A stretch of DNA of 64,000 nt, from contig CAYRXT010000002.1 of NCBI GenBank assembly GCA_964428315.1, positions 6,859 through 70,858 on the forward strand, in the 5' to 3' direction. Positions 37,409 to 47,098 of the stretch are shown one piece after another. The stretch is from an uncultured Planctomycetales bacterium. Lineage in GTDB: Bacteria; Omnitrophota; Gorgyraeia; Zapsychrales; CAYRXT01. Numbering within the stretch: position 1 is the stretch's first letter; every line of letters starts with the position of its first letter. The translations under genes were made by a program, and so were the position numbers. The notes beneath the pieces are model-generated. The model was not told where the DNA came from and ran no database searches. It saw only the letters and a list, made by a program, of their open reading frames with translations.

Positions 37409-37921
37409 ATGAATAGGAGTATACGGATTTTGACTGCGGTTTTTATATTCGCGTTGGGGGTATGCCTGGTTATGGCCCATCCCATTAAGGCGGCCGAGGG
37501 GCCCAAGATGGCCTTCGTCAACATCAGCAGGATCTTTGACGCGTATCAAAAGACCCAAAAGTATAATACACAGCTTGACGAGAAATACTCGGAATACGAG
37601 GAGGAACGCAACAAGAAAATCGAAGAGATCCGCGAGTCCGAAGGGCGCCTCTCTCTGCTGAAGGAATCCGAGCGCAAGAAGCTCGAAGCGGAGATCGAGG
37701 AGAAAAAGAACGCCCTTTTGGAGTTTGACCGCGCGCAGCAGACAGATTTGCGCAAGGAGCGGGATGAGAAGATCCGCGAGATTCTGGTTGAGATCGAGAA
37801 TATTATCAACGATTTTGCCAAAAAGGAAGGCTACACGCTCATCCTGAACGACCGCGTCCTCATCTACGGGGAAGAAAGCCTGGATATCACCGACAAGATT
37901 ATCGAGCGGCTTAATAAATAG
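37409..37921 (+). CDS. skp: Periplasmic chaperone Skp/OmpH
   Basis: Signal peptide plus coiled-coil OmpH architecture, directly downstream of bamA. Confidence 0.75.
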   Translation: MNRSIRILTAVFIFALGVCLVMAHPIKAAEGPKMAFVNISRIFDAYQKTQKYNTQLDEKYSEYEEERNKKIEEIRESEGRLSLLKESERKKLEAEIEEKKNALLEFDRAQQTDLRKERDEKIREILVEIENIINDFAKKEGYTLILNDRVLIYGEESLDITDKIIERLNK

Positions 37922-37936
37922 ATCCCGGCCGTTGAT

Positions 37937-38992
37937 ATGCATAAGGTTTTAGGGGAGATAGCAGAATTTGTTGGCGGCAGCGTCATTGGCGACGAACGAT
38001 TAGTCATCACCGGTGTGCACGGCGTTCAGGATGCGCAGGACGGAGATTTGACGTTCGTCGATAACCCGAAATATTTCTCGCTTATTGGTAAAACACAGGC
38101 CTCCGCGATTATCGTTCCCGCCGGAATGAAGGATGCCGCTCCTGATAACAAGTCGTTGATTGTGGCGGACAATCCCTCCTATGCCTTTGCCAGGGCCGCA
38201 TCACTCTTCATCGAAGATGAGGATTTTTTTCCAAAAGGTATCCATGAGTCGGCACTGATTGCCGGAAGTGCGCGCGTCGGAAAAGATGCGCGCATCGGCC
38301 CCTTTGTCGTGGTTGAAGACGAGGTGCGGATCGGCGATCGGGTCATGATCGGCGCGGGAAGCTTTATCGGAGCCAAAACGCGCGTCGGCAGCGGAACGCG
38401 CATCTATCCCCACGTGACGATACGCGAAAAGGGTGCCATCGGGGAAAGGGCGACGATACACAGCGGCGCGGTCATCGGGGCGGACGGTTTCGGGTTTGTG
38501 AACGTCGAGGGTGAGCACAAAAAAATTCCGCAGTTCGGCATCGTCGTGATTGAAGATGATGTTGAGATCGGCGCGAACGTGACTATCGACCGGGCCAGGT
38601 TCGGTGAAACATTTGTCGGCCGAGGGACAAAGATCGATAACCTGGTCCACATTGCCCATAATGTGAAGATCGGGAAGAACTGCCTGATCATCGCTCTGGT
38701 CGGGATATCCGGAAGCGTGACCCTAGGAGAGAACGTGATCCTTGCCGGACAGGCGGGGATTACGGGACACCTTTCCATAGGAGACGGATCCATCGTCATG
38801 GCCAAGGCGGGCGTGACGAAATCCCTGCCCGCCGGGAGCACGGTGTTCGGCTGGCCCGCACAGTCTCATAAAGTCGCCAAAAGACTCCGGGCGCATGTGC
38901 AGAGACTGCCGGATTACGTCAAGCAGATCAGGGAACTGAAGGAACGCATCGAAAAGCTGGAAGAGAACAGGGCGAAAGAGGGATCGCAATAG
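37937..38992 (+). CDS. lpxD: UDP-3-O-acylglucosamine N-acyltransferase
   Basis: Hexapeptide-repeat LbH domain and an LpxD N-terminal domain. Confidence 0.85.
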   Translation: MHKVLGEIAEFVGGSVIGDERLVITGVHGVQDAQDGDLTFVDNPKYFSLIGKTQASAIIVPAGMKDAAPDNKSLIVADNPSYAFARAASLFIEDEDFFPKGIHESALIAGSARVGKDARIGPFVVVEDEVRIGDRVMIGAGSFIGAKTRVGSGTRIYPHVTIREKGAIGERATIHSGAVIGADGFGFVNVEGEHKKIPQFGIVVIEDDVEIGANVTIDRARFGETFVGRGTKIDNLVHIAHNVKIGKNCLIIALVGISGSVTLGENVILAGQAGITGHLSIGDGSIVMAKAGVTKSLPAGSTVFGWPAQSHKVAKRLRAHVQRLPDYVKQIRELKERIEKLEENRAKEGSQ

Positions 38993-38995
38993 GAT

Positions 38996-40330
38996 ATGAG
39001 CGAAAAGCAAAGGACAGTGGCCCGGGACGTTGAAATGGAGGGCATCGGACTCCACACCGGGCACAAGGTCAGAATGACGGTGAAGACCTCGGAGGCAGAC
39101 AGGGGCATCGACTTTGTCCGCACGGATTTGTCTCATCGTCCCGTCATACGGGCCCAGACATCCAATGTGCTTCTTGATAAGAGCCTCCCCCGTTGTACCT
39201 CTATCGGCGTCCGGGACGCGGAGATCCACACGGTCGAACATTTGATGGCGGCCTTTTATGGGCTGGGCATTGATAATGCCGTTGTTGAGATCAACGGCGA
39301 CGAGGTCCCCGGCCTTGACGGAAGCTCTCTGGATTTCCTCAGCGCTTTCAAGAAGGCGGGTGTGCGGGAATTGGACCGGGATAAACGGTATTTCGCGGTT
39401 AAGGAACCCATATGGGCGGAGAAAAACGGCGCGTCGATTTCCGTACAGCCGGCGGATGATTTCAAGATATCGTACATCCTGGATTACGACCATCCTTTTT
39501 TGAAAACGCAGTTTTTCAGTCTGGAGCCGAGCGCCGAGTTATTCGAAAAAGAGATCGCCCCTTCCCGGACATTTTGTCTGGACAAAGAAGCCGAAGAGCT
39601 GCGCAAGAACGGACTCGGCCTGGGGGCGAATTACCAGAATACCCTCGTGATTACGCCTGACGGGGTCAAGGATAATGTTCTCCGTTACGAGAATGAATTT
39701 GCCCGGCACAAGATCCTGGATTTTATCGGAGACCTTTATCTTTTCGGCCAACCGATCCTCGGTCACGTCGTGGCCGTGAAGAGCGGACACCGCCTTAACC
39801 GGATGCTTCTGACCAGGATCGCGGAACAGCAAGAAAAATATTCCGCCAGGGAAGCCGTAAAGACACAGGTATCACTGTCCGATCCGAAACTGGACATCGA
39901 CGGAATTATGCGGGTTTTGCCTCACCGTTTCCCCTTTCTCTTTGTGGACAGGATCATTGAACTGGAGAAGGGCAAGAGGGTGGTGGGGATCAAGAACGTC
40001 ACGATCAACGATTATTTTTTCAAAGGCCATTTCCCGACACGTCCGGTGATGCCCGGCGTGATTATGGTAGAGGCCATGGCCCAGGCCGGCGGCATTGCCG
40101 TTCTGACCGACGAAAAGAACGACGGCAAGCTGGCCTTTTTCATGGGGGCCAATAATGTGAAATTCCGGAAGATCGTTCATCCGGGGGACCAGCTGGTCCT
40201 TGAGGCCGAAGTCATGCGGAACAAGTCGAGGATCGCCCAGATTCAGGCGCGGGCCAAGGTCGAGGGCCAGGTTGTCGCCGAAGCGGAGATGACGTTTTCT
40301 TTCACGGATGCATCCTTTTTGGCGCCGTGA
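38996..40330 (+). CDS. lpxC-fabZ: Bifunctional UDP-3-O-acyl-GlcNAc deacetylase / 3-hydroxyacyl-ACP dehydratase (LpxC-FabZ fusion)
   Basis: N-terminal LpxC ('GIGLHTG', 'HTVEHL', 'ARHKILDFIGDL'). C-terminal FabZ hot-dog domain ('LPHRFPFLFVDRI', 'GHFPTRPVMPGV'). Confidence 0.85.
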   Translation: MSEKQRTVARDVEMEGIGLHTGHKVRMTVKTSEADRGIDFVRTDLSHRPVIRAQTSNVLLDKSLPRCTSIGVRDAEIHTVEHLMAAFYGLGIDNAVVEINGDEVPGLDGSSLDFLSAFKKAGVRELDRDKRYFAVKEPIWAEKNGASISVQPADDFKISYILDYDHPFLKTQFFSLEPSAELFEKEIAPSRTFCLDKEAEELRKNGLGLGANYQNTLVITPDGVKDNVLRYENEFARHKILDFIGDLYLFGQPILGHVVAVKSGHRLNRMLLTRIAEQQEKYSAREAVKTQVSLSDPKLDIDGIMRVLPHRFPFLFVDRIIELEKGKRVVGIKNVTINDYFFKGHFPTRPVMPGVIMVEAMAQAGGIAVLTDEKNDGKLAFFMGANNVKFRKIVHPGDQLVLEAEVMRNKSRIAQIQARAKVEGQVVAEAEMTFSFTDASFLAP

Positions 40331-40416
40331 AGGGGGCTCGGGCCGTCTGAGACGGCAGTCAGGGCCGATGACGTGACAGACGATATGTTATGATGCCTTC
40401 AGCGTACTGACAAGCA

Positions 40417-41199
40417 ATGGAAATGAACATTCACGAAACAGCCATTATCCATCCGAAAGCGAAACTGGACAGCAGTGTTGTGGTGGGGCCGTATTCGGTC
40501 ATCGGCGAGAATGTTAGTGTCGGCAAGGATGTTCAGATAGGAGCACACTGCCTGCTTGACGGACATACGACGGTTGGCGCGCGGTGCCGTTTTTTTAGCG
40601 GAGCGGTTATCGGGAGCATACCCCAGGATAAGAAGTTCGATCCACGGAAACCGACCTTTTTGCAGATCGGCGAAGATAACATTTTTCGCGAATACGTGAC
40701 CGTGAACCCCGGAACCAGCGAAGGCGGCGGAAAGACGGTGATCGGCAACGAAAACCTGTTTATGGCCTACTCCCATATCGCCCATGACTGCGTGGTAGGA
40801 GATCATTGCGTCCTGGCCAACAACGGGACCCTGGCAGGCCATGTGATCCTCGAGGACATGGCCGTTGTGGGAGGACTTACGGCCGTTCACCAGTTTGTCC
40901 GTCTTGGACGACTGTCTATCGTCGGCGGATGTTCCAAGGTTGTCCAGGATATCCCGCCGTTTTCGACATGCGACGGACATCCCGCCAAGGTCTTCGGACT
41001 GAATGCCGTCGGAATAAAACGGGCGCGGTTTTCTTCGCACACGGTCAAACTCCTCAAAAAGGCATTTAAGATACTGTTTCACTCGGGATTAAACCGCACG
41101 CACGCGGTCCAGAAAGTCGAAAATGAGATGACCAAGTGTCCTGAGATCGAGCATCTGCTCTTCTTTATGAAGACATCCAAGCGCGGTGTGTGTTCTTAG
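40417..41199 (+). CDS. lpxA: Acyl-ACP-UDP-GlcNAc O-acyltransferase
   Basis: 'IHPKAKLD' hexapeptide LbH domain and an LpxA C-terminal helical domain. Confidence 0.85.
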   Translation: MEMNIHETAIIHPKAKLDSSVVVGPYSVIGENVSVGKDVQIGAHCLLDGHTTVGARCRFFSGAVIGSIPQDKKFDPRKPTFLQIGEDNIFREYVTVNPGTSEGGGKTVIGNENLFMAYSHIAHDCVVGDHCVLANNGTLAGHVILEDMAVVGGLTAVHQFVRLGRLSIVGGCSKVVQDIPPFSTCDGHPAKVFGLNAVGIKRARFSSHTVKLLKKAFKILFHSGLNRTHAVQKVENEMTKCPEIEHLLFFMKTSKRGVCS

Positions 41200-41226
41200 G
41201 TCCGCAATGGTCTTTCCCTGCCGGAC

Positions 41227-42057
41227 ATGATGCCATCAAGCGAATCGTCCCAGACTAAAATCATCGGCCTTATTGCGGGTAACGGCCGGTTTCCTTTTCT
41301 TTTTGCCACGGAGGCAAGAAGAAAAGGGTGGACCGTTATGGCCGTCGGCATCCGGGGTGACACCTCGGTTTTTTTAAGGTCCTGCGTGGACCGGCTGACT
41401 ATGATCAACGCCGGAGACTTAAGGCGGATGTTTGACCTTTTTCGCGACCAGGGCGTGAAGAAGGTGATCATGGCCGGCCAGGTCAATCCCAACAATCTTT
41501 TTGACGAACAGCTCCGGTTTGACGAGGAATTTCGCGGTTTATTTCTCGCCATGAAAGACCGCAAGGCGGACACGATCTTCGCCGCGATCGCCCAAAAATT
41601 GCAGGAACATGGTCTGGAACTTATCGAATCTACTTTTCTGCTGGACAAGTATCTGGCGCCCAAAGGCACTTTGACCCGACGGGGCCCCACGGTTGAGGAA
41701 CTGCAGGATATCGGTTTCGGCCGTGAAATCGCCAAGGCCATGGGCGGCCTTGATGTGGGACAGACGGTCGTGGTGAAAGAGAAGGCGATTGTGGCCATTG
41801 AGGCCATGGAGGGTACCGACCGCACGATCCGCCGGGGCGGGAAGATCGCGCAGCGGGGGGCGGTTGTGGTAAAGATGAGCAAGCCGGACCAGGATGCGCG
41901 TTTTGATATTCCGGTGATAGGCCCGCGGACAATGACGGCAATGCGCAGGGCGCAGGCCGGGTGCATCGCTGTTGAGGCGGGAAAGACCATTATCATTGAC
42001 CGGGAAAAGACTGTCCGGCTGGCCGACCGTTTCGGTATCTGCCTTGTCTGTGTTTGA
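41227..42057 (+). CDS. lpxI: UDP-2,3-diacylglucosamine hydrolase LpxI (DUF1009)
   Basis: 'IGLIAGNGRFP' N-terminus and DUF1009 C-terminus, located in the lpx cluster. Confidence 0.7.
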   Translation: MMPSSESSQTKIIGLIAGNGRFPFLFATEARRKGWTVMAVGIRGDTSVFLRSCVDRLTMINAGDLRRMFDLFRDQGVKKVIMAGQVNPNNLFDEQLRFDEEFRGLFLAMKDRKADTIFAAIAQKLQEHGLELIESTFLLDKYLAPKGTLTRRGPTVEELQDIGFGREIAKAMGGLDVGQTVVVKEKAIVAIEAMEGTDRTIRRGGKIAQRGAVVVKMSKPDQDARFDIPVIGPRTMTAMRRAQAGCIAVEAGKTIIIDREKTVRLADRFGICLVCV

Positions 42058-42083
42058 ACAGGAACGTCCCCAAAAAAAGGAGG

Positions 42084-42111
42084 GGCTTCCCCTGGGAGGG
42101 AAGCCTTTTTT
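42084..42111 (+). terminator. Intrinsic terminator after lpxI
   Basis: Stem GGCTTCCC/GGGAAGCC with a 6-nt loop, followed by TTTTTT. A-run on the 5' side. Confidence 0.7.
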
Positions 42112-42252
42112 GTTGGTTGTTGCGGGGTTAGAGATCAGGGAGAGCCCGCCATTGCTATTGCGTATAGGTATGAGGCCAAAAGGGTTAGAGCCATGGTAAC
42201 CGGGGATAGGGAGGGTCGGCAGGGCCGGTTTTCCCTTTGTAAGGCTTTTAAA

Positions 42253-42281
42253 TTGACACTATTTTGCTTTTTCTATATAAT
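42253..42281 (+). promoter_or_regulatory. Sigma70-type promoter TTGACA-N17-TATAAT in a roughly 90-bp AT-rich island upstream of lysS
   Basis: Perfect hexamers. Local GC is far below the window average. The ATG at 42318 lies 37 nt after the -10. Confidence 0.55.
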
Positions 42282-42317
42282 GAGTTTTCCATATTAATAT
42301 AAATATTAAAAATATTT

Positions 42318-43784
42318 ATGGATATTAACGAGATAAGAAAAATTAGAATAGAAAAATTGGGACATCTCAAGAGCAGAGGGATATGCCCTTACGGAGAAGC
42401 CTTTCCCCGTTCCGGAAGTATTTCTTCGGTTTTAAAGGGTTTTGATGAGGGCAGGAAGGTTGCCTTAGCGGGACGGATTGTCGCCAACCGCCGCCACGGC
42501 AAGGTCTTCTTTCTGGATATACAGGATCAGACGGACAAGATACAACTTTATCTTAAAAAAGACGACGCCGGAGACGAGGCCTCGGCGGTCGTCCAGGAGT
42601 TGGATATCGGAGACATCATCGGGGTTCACGGCGAGCTTTTTAAGACGAAAACAGGCCAGGAAAGCGTGAGGGTCGAGAAGATGGTCTTTTTGAGCAAGGC
42701 CCTGATGACCCTGCCGGAAAAGTGGCACGGCCTCAAGGATGTCGAGACCCGTTACCGGCAGCGCTATATTGATTTGATCGTGAATAAAGAAGTGCGCGAG
42801 CTGTTTTTCAGACGGAGCCGTATCATTTCTCTGATCCGGCATTTTCTGGACGGCCGGGGTTTTCTTGAGGTCGAAACCCCCATGCTCCAGCCGATGGCGG
42901 GCGGCGCGCGCGGCAGGCCGTTCAAGAGCAGGCATAACGCCTATGACCTTGAGGTTTTTCTGCGTATTGCGCCCGAACTCTATCTGAAACGGTTGTTGGT
43001 CGGCGGTTTTGAGAAGGTTTACGAGATCAACAGGAATTTCCGCAACGAAGGGATCTCGACACGCCACAATCCGGAGTTTACGATGCTCGAGGTCTATGAG
43101 GCCTTTGCGGATTATGAAGGCATGATGAGATTGACCGAGGAGCTTATCAGTCATGTGGCAAAAGAGATCATCGGATCGCACACATTGACGTACCAGGGCA
43201 GGACGATTGATTTGACGCCGCCCTGGGAGAGGCGTTCCTTTGCCAGTATGGTTAAGGAAAAATTCGACATCGATTCCAGCGACGATGCGGCCGCCATGCT
43301 CGAGAAGATCAGGGCCCGCCGTAAGGTTGTCAATCCAGGCAAGCTGACGCGCTCGGCCGTGATGAAGATCGTGGAAGAGGAGCTTGAATCGGAGGCGAAC
43401 GCTAATCCGGTGTTCTTTACGGACTATTTCACGTTCCTTTCACCTTTGGCAAAGTCCTCCCCTCAAGATCCGGCGATTGCCCAGAGGTTTGAGGTCTTCA
43501 TCGCCGGCCTGGAGGTCGGCAACGCCTATTCCGAACTCAACGATCCCCGGGAACAGCACGAGCGGCTTGTGGGGGACCTGGAGGATGACACCGAAACCGG
43601 CCAGAGAAAGGTTGATGAGGATTTCCTGCGTGCCCTGGAATACGGCATGCCTCCCGCGGGGGGGCTGGGCATCGGCGTCGACAGGCTGATTATGCTGCTG
43701 ACCGACGCGCCTTCCATCAGGGATGTTATCCTTTTCCCTCTTCTCAAACCCCGGCACAAAGAAAGTCCGTCGGTCGAATCATGA
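42318..43784 (+). CDS. lysS: Lysyl-tRNA synthetase (class II)
   Basis: OB anticodon-binding domain and class II motifs ('FRNEG', 'GGLGIGVDRLIM'). Confidence 0.9.
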   Translation: MDINEIRKIRIEKLGHLKSRGICPYGEAFPRSGSISSVLKGFDEGRKVALAGRIVANRRHGKVFFLDIQDQTDKIQLYLKKDDAGDEASAVVQELDIGDIIGVHGELFKTKTGQESVRVEKMVFLSKALMTLPEKWHGLKDVETRYRQRYIDLIVNKEVRELFFRRSRIISLIRHFLDGRGFLEVETPMLQPMAGGARGRPFKSRHNAYDLEVFLRIAPELYLKRLLVGGFEKVYEINRNFRNEGISTRHNPEFTMLEVYEAFADYEGMMRLTEELISHVAKEIIGSHTLTYQGRTIDLTPPWERRSFASMVKEKFDIDSSDDAAAMLEKIRARRKVVNPGKLTRSAVMKIVEEELESEANANPVFFTDYFTFLSPLAKSSPQDPAIAQRFEVFIAGLEVGNAYSELNDPREQHERLVGDLEDDTETGQRKVDEDFLRALEYGMPPAGGLGIGVDRLIMLLTDAPSIRDVILFPLLKPRHKESPSVES

Positions 43785-44983
43785 ACGTGGAAGGCTGGAT
43801 CAGCTATCGTTATCTGAAAGGCAACCGCGACCGGTTTGTTTCTGTGATCAACTTCGTGTCCATGACCGGCTTTGCCATCGGTGTCATGGCCCTGATCGTC
43901 GTTATCGGCGTGATGTCGGGATTCGATGAGGACCTCAGAGAAAAGATTGTGGGGACCAATGCGGACATCGTCGTGGAGAAGGAGAGCGGCATCAGGGATT
44001 ACGCGGGCGTCGCGCAGACCATCAGAACGATTGACGGCGTCAGAGGCGTCTCGCCCTATGTCAACGGGCACGTCTTCCTGGAGAGCGGCGGGCAGGCCTC
44101 GGGTGTGATGCTACGGGGCATCGATCCCGCCACGATCTCCGAGGTGACCCGGGTGAAAGAGTATCTCAGAGAAGGATCGCTCCAAGACGTGCGTGGCGAC
44201 CGGGCCGTGATCATCGGTAGCGAGATGGCGCGTTATTACGGTTATGCCGTCGGAGACGCGTTGGTGATCATCGCCCCCGGCGCCGGGATGGCCGGGGAGG
44301 GATGGCGGCATGAGCTCGAGGTGGCCGGGATCTTCAGCTCGGGCATGTTCGATTTCGACATGAACCTCATGCTGACCAATATCCCGACGGCGCAGAAGAT
44401 CTTCGATTTCCCGTCCGGCCTCGTTTCGGGCTTGTCGGTCAAGGTCGAGGACATGTATCGGGTTCAGGAAATCAAGAAGGACATCCACAGACAATTGGGT
44501 TACATCTTCCTGGTCCGGACTTGGATTGAGTCCAACAGGAACTTTTTTGCCGCCCTTAAGCTGGAAAAGTTCGCCATGTTTATTATTCTTACCTTGATTG
44601 TCCTCGTCGCGTCATTTAACATTATAAGCACGCTGATTGTCACGGTGACGACGAAGGTCAAGGATATCGGCATACTGAAATCCATCGGCATGACCGACAG
44701 GGCTATCCGGCGGACATTTACGCTCCAGGGGTTCACCCTCGGCCTGGTGGGGACGTTCTGGGGCGTGATCGGCGGGGTCGGATTAAGCCTTTTGCTGAAG
44801 AGATATCAGTTTATCCAGCTTCCTGCCGAAATCTATTATATTGACAAGCTGCCTGTTCTTTTAAAACTGAGCGACATCCTGATGATCGTCGGGGCCGCCC
44901 TTTTGATCAGTTATATGGCGACATTGTATCCGGCGGCCAAGGCGGCCCGCTTAACGCCGGTGGATGCCTTAAGGTATGAGTGA
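43781..44983 (+). CDS. lolC: Lipoprotein-release permease LolC/LolE (FtsX/MacB-type)
   Basis: 'ISYRYLKGNRDRF' N-terminus, four TM helices, and a large periplasmic loop. Confidence 0.8.
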   Translation: MNVEGWISYRYLKGNRDRFVSVINFVSMTGFAIGVMALIVVIGVMSGFDEDLREKIVGTNADIVVEKESGIRDYAGVAQTIRTIDGVRGVSPYVNGHVFLESGGQASGVMLRGIDPATISEVTRVKEYLREGSLQDVRGDRAVIIGSEMARYYGYAVGDALVIIAPGAGMAGEGWRHELEVAGIFSSGMFDFDMNLMLTNIPTAQKIFDFPSGLVSGLSVKVEDMYRVQEIKKDIHRQLGYIFLVRTWIESNRNFFAALKLEKFAMFIILTLIVLVASFNIISTLIVTVTTKVKDIGILKSIGMTDRAIRRTFTLQGFTLGLVGTFWGVIGGVGLSLLLKRYQFIQLPAEIYYIDKLPVLLKLSDILMIVGAALLISYMATLYPAAKAARLTPVDALRYE

Positions 44984-44989
44984 GAGGCC

Positions 44990-45661
44990 ATGCTAGAAGC
45001 GAGGAATGTCCACAAATCATATCTCCAGTCCGGCGGGGACCTGCATGTCCTTAAGGGGATCGACCTTACTGTTGAGGCGGGCGAGATCATGGTCATCGTC
45101 GGTCCTTCCGGGGCGGGGAAGTCGACGCTGTTGCATGTCTTAAGCGGCCTGGACAGGCCGGACCAAGGCACGGTCCGGCTGGAGAACGAGGAGATCTTTC
45201 TCCTGAAAGAGCCCCGGCTGGCCGGGATCCGCAATACCCGCATCGGATTTGTTTTTCAGTTTTATCATCTGTTGCCGGAATTCACGGCGTTAGAAAATGT
45301 GATGTTGCCTGGTATAATAAACAGAAAGAAATCGTCGCTGGATGATGTCAGGACGCAGGCCGCCGACCTGCTTGATAAGGTGGGCCTGGGAGACCGGGCC
45401 GGACACAGGCCCTTTCAGCTTTCCGGCGGAGAGCAACAACGCGTCGCCGTTGCCAGGGCCCTCGTTAACAGGCCCAAGATCGTCTTTTGCGATGAGCCTA
45501 CCGGCAATCTGGACTCCAAGAGCGGGGAGACCATTATCGCCCTGCTGAAAGGTCTGAACCGGGAAAACGGCCAAACTATGGTGATCGTCAGTCATGACGA
45601 ATCCCTTGCCCGGTCGGCCCATTCTATCAGGCATATCAAGGACGGAAAGATTATCCATTAA
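44990..45661 (+). CDS. lolD: Lipoprotein-release ABC ATPase
   Basis: Walker A 'GPSGAGKST', signature 'LSGGEQQR'. Confidence 0.85.
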   Translation: MLEARNVHKSYLQSGGDLHVLKGIDLTVEAGEIMVIVGPSGAGKSTLLHVLSGLDRPDQGTVRLENEEIFLLKEPRLAGIRNTRIGFVFQFYHLLPEFTALENVMLPGIINRKKSSLDDVRTQAADLLDKVGLGDRAGHRPFQLSGGEQQRVAVARALVNRPKIVFCDEPTGNLDSKSGETIIALLKGLNRENGQTMVIVSHDESLARSAHSIRHIKDGKIIH

Positions 45662-45673
45662 AAGGGAGCTGCC

Positions 45674-46537
45674 ATGCTGGTTTATCTTAACGGAAAATTC
45701 GTGAAAAGAAAGGACGCAAAGATATCCGTGTTCGACCACGGACTCCTTTACGGAGACGGTGTGTTTGAGGGCATCCGCTCATACGACAGGCTCGTTTTCT
45801 GTTTAAAAGAACATGTTGACCGGCTCTACGAATCGGCCCATACCTTGATGCTGACGATACCGCTGACGAGACAGCAGATGATGCGGGCGATTACCGATAC
45901 GCTGAAGCAGAACAACCTCAAGGACGCCTATATCCGGGTGGTGGTAACCCGGGGGGAAGGGGATCTGGGTTTGGATCCCCGCAAGTGCATAGGCAATGCC
46001 AACGTGTTTATTATTGCCGACAAGATCACGCTGTATCCGAAAGAATTCTACAAGAACGGGCTTGAGATTATCACGGTGCCGACGGTGCGCAACCTTCCGG
46101 AAGCCGTGAACCCGAGGCTGAAGTCTCTCAATTACCTGAACAATATTCTGGCGAAGATCGAGGCGAATAACGCCGGGTACAACGAGGCGATCATGCTCGA
46201 CGCGCAGGGATTTGTGGCGGAATGCACCGGTGACAATATCTTTATCATCAAGGGTGAGAGGTTGTCTACGCCCTCGCAGGGGCGGCTGAAGGGGATCACC
46301 CTGGATGCCGTCCTCGCGCTGGCCGGCAAAGACAGGCTTTCCTGCCAGGAATGCTTCCTCACGCGCCACGACATCTATGTCGCCGATGAATGTTTCCTGA
46401 CGGGGACCGCCGCAGAGATCGTTCCGGTCGTGAAGGTCGACGGACGTCTTATCGGTTCGGGGAAGCCCGGCCCGCGGACCCTGAAGCTGATGAAGCAGTT
46501 CCGGCAGTTGACGAAAGAGAAGGGCTCGCGCTATTAA
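45674..46537 (+). CDS. ilvE: Class IV aminotransferase (branched-chain amino acid aminotransferase-like)
   Basis: 'SVFDHGLLYGDGVFEGIR' and the PLP fold-type IV pattern. Confidence 0.7.
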   Translation: MLVYLNGKFVKRKDAKISVFDHGLLYGDGVFEGIRSYDRLVFCLKEHVDRLYESAHTLMLTIPLTRQQMMRAITDTLKQNNLKDAYIRVVVTRGEGDLGLDPRKCIGNANVFIIADKITLYPKEFYKNGLEIITVPTVRNLPEAVNPRLKSLNYLNNILAKIEANNAGYNEAIMLDAQGFVAECTGDNIFIIKGERLSTPSQGRLKGITLDAVLALAGKDRLSCQECFLTRHDIYVADECFLTGTAAEIVPVVKVDGRLIGSGKPGPRTLKLMKQFRQLTKEKGSRY

Positions 46538-46561
46538 CGTCTTAAGAAGGAACAAGGGTGA

Positions 46562-47098
46562 ATGATGCAGTGTGATATCTGCGGGAAGAAGAAAGCGACG
46601 GTACATCTGACGGAGATCATCGACGAGCAGATGACCGAGCTCCATTTATGCGAAGACTGCGCCAAGGAGAAAAGCGTGCAGATGGAACAGCAGTTCGGAT
46701 TGGCCGACCTTCTGGCCGGGCTGGCGGATTTCGGGAAACCCGCCAAGAACAGCGTCGAAAAGGTCAAGCTGGTCTGCAGCAATTGCGGACTGAGTTACGA
46801 CGAATTCCGCAAGCTCGGACGGCTGGGCTGCAGCCAGTGCTACAGCTCGTTCAAGGACAATTTGGCCGGACTGCTGAAACGCATCCACGGTGCGCCGCGT
46901 CATGTGGGCAAACGGCCTGTCCACATGCCGGCGGGTCCGCTCGTCACGGAAGAAAAAGAAACGGAAGATCTTGAGGAACTCAAGACCAGGCTGCACAAGG
47001 CCATCGAGATGGAACAGTTCGAGGAGGCCGCCAGGCTGCGGGACAAGATCCGGGGCCTGGAGCAGAGGGGGGACAGGCCAAACCATGAAAGTGAATGA
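46562..47098 (+). CDS. mcsA: McsA-like protein-arginine kinase activator (zinc fingers plus a UVR motif)
   Basis: Four CxxC pairs ('CDICG', 'CEDC', 'CSNCG', 'CSQC') and a UVR-like 'LEELKTRLHKAIEMEQFEEAARLRDKI'. Confidence 0.75.
   Translation: MMQCDICGKKKATVHLTEIIDEQMTELHLCEDCAKEKSVQMEQQFGLADLLAGLADFGKPAKNSVEKVKLVCSNCGLSYDEFRKLGRLGCSQCYSSFKDNLAGLLKRIHGAPRHVGKRPVHMPAGPLVTEEKETEDLEELKTRLHKAIEMEQFEEAARLRDKIRGLEQRGDRPNHESE

Noticed and set aside
42318-42330. T-box or other riboswitch leader upstream of lysS, hisG or metG.
   Set aside because: The leaders are too short (37-65 nt) and lack specifier-loop and antiterminator features. metG starts inside the end of ricT.
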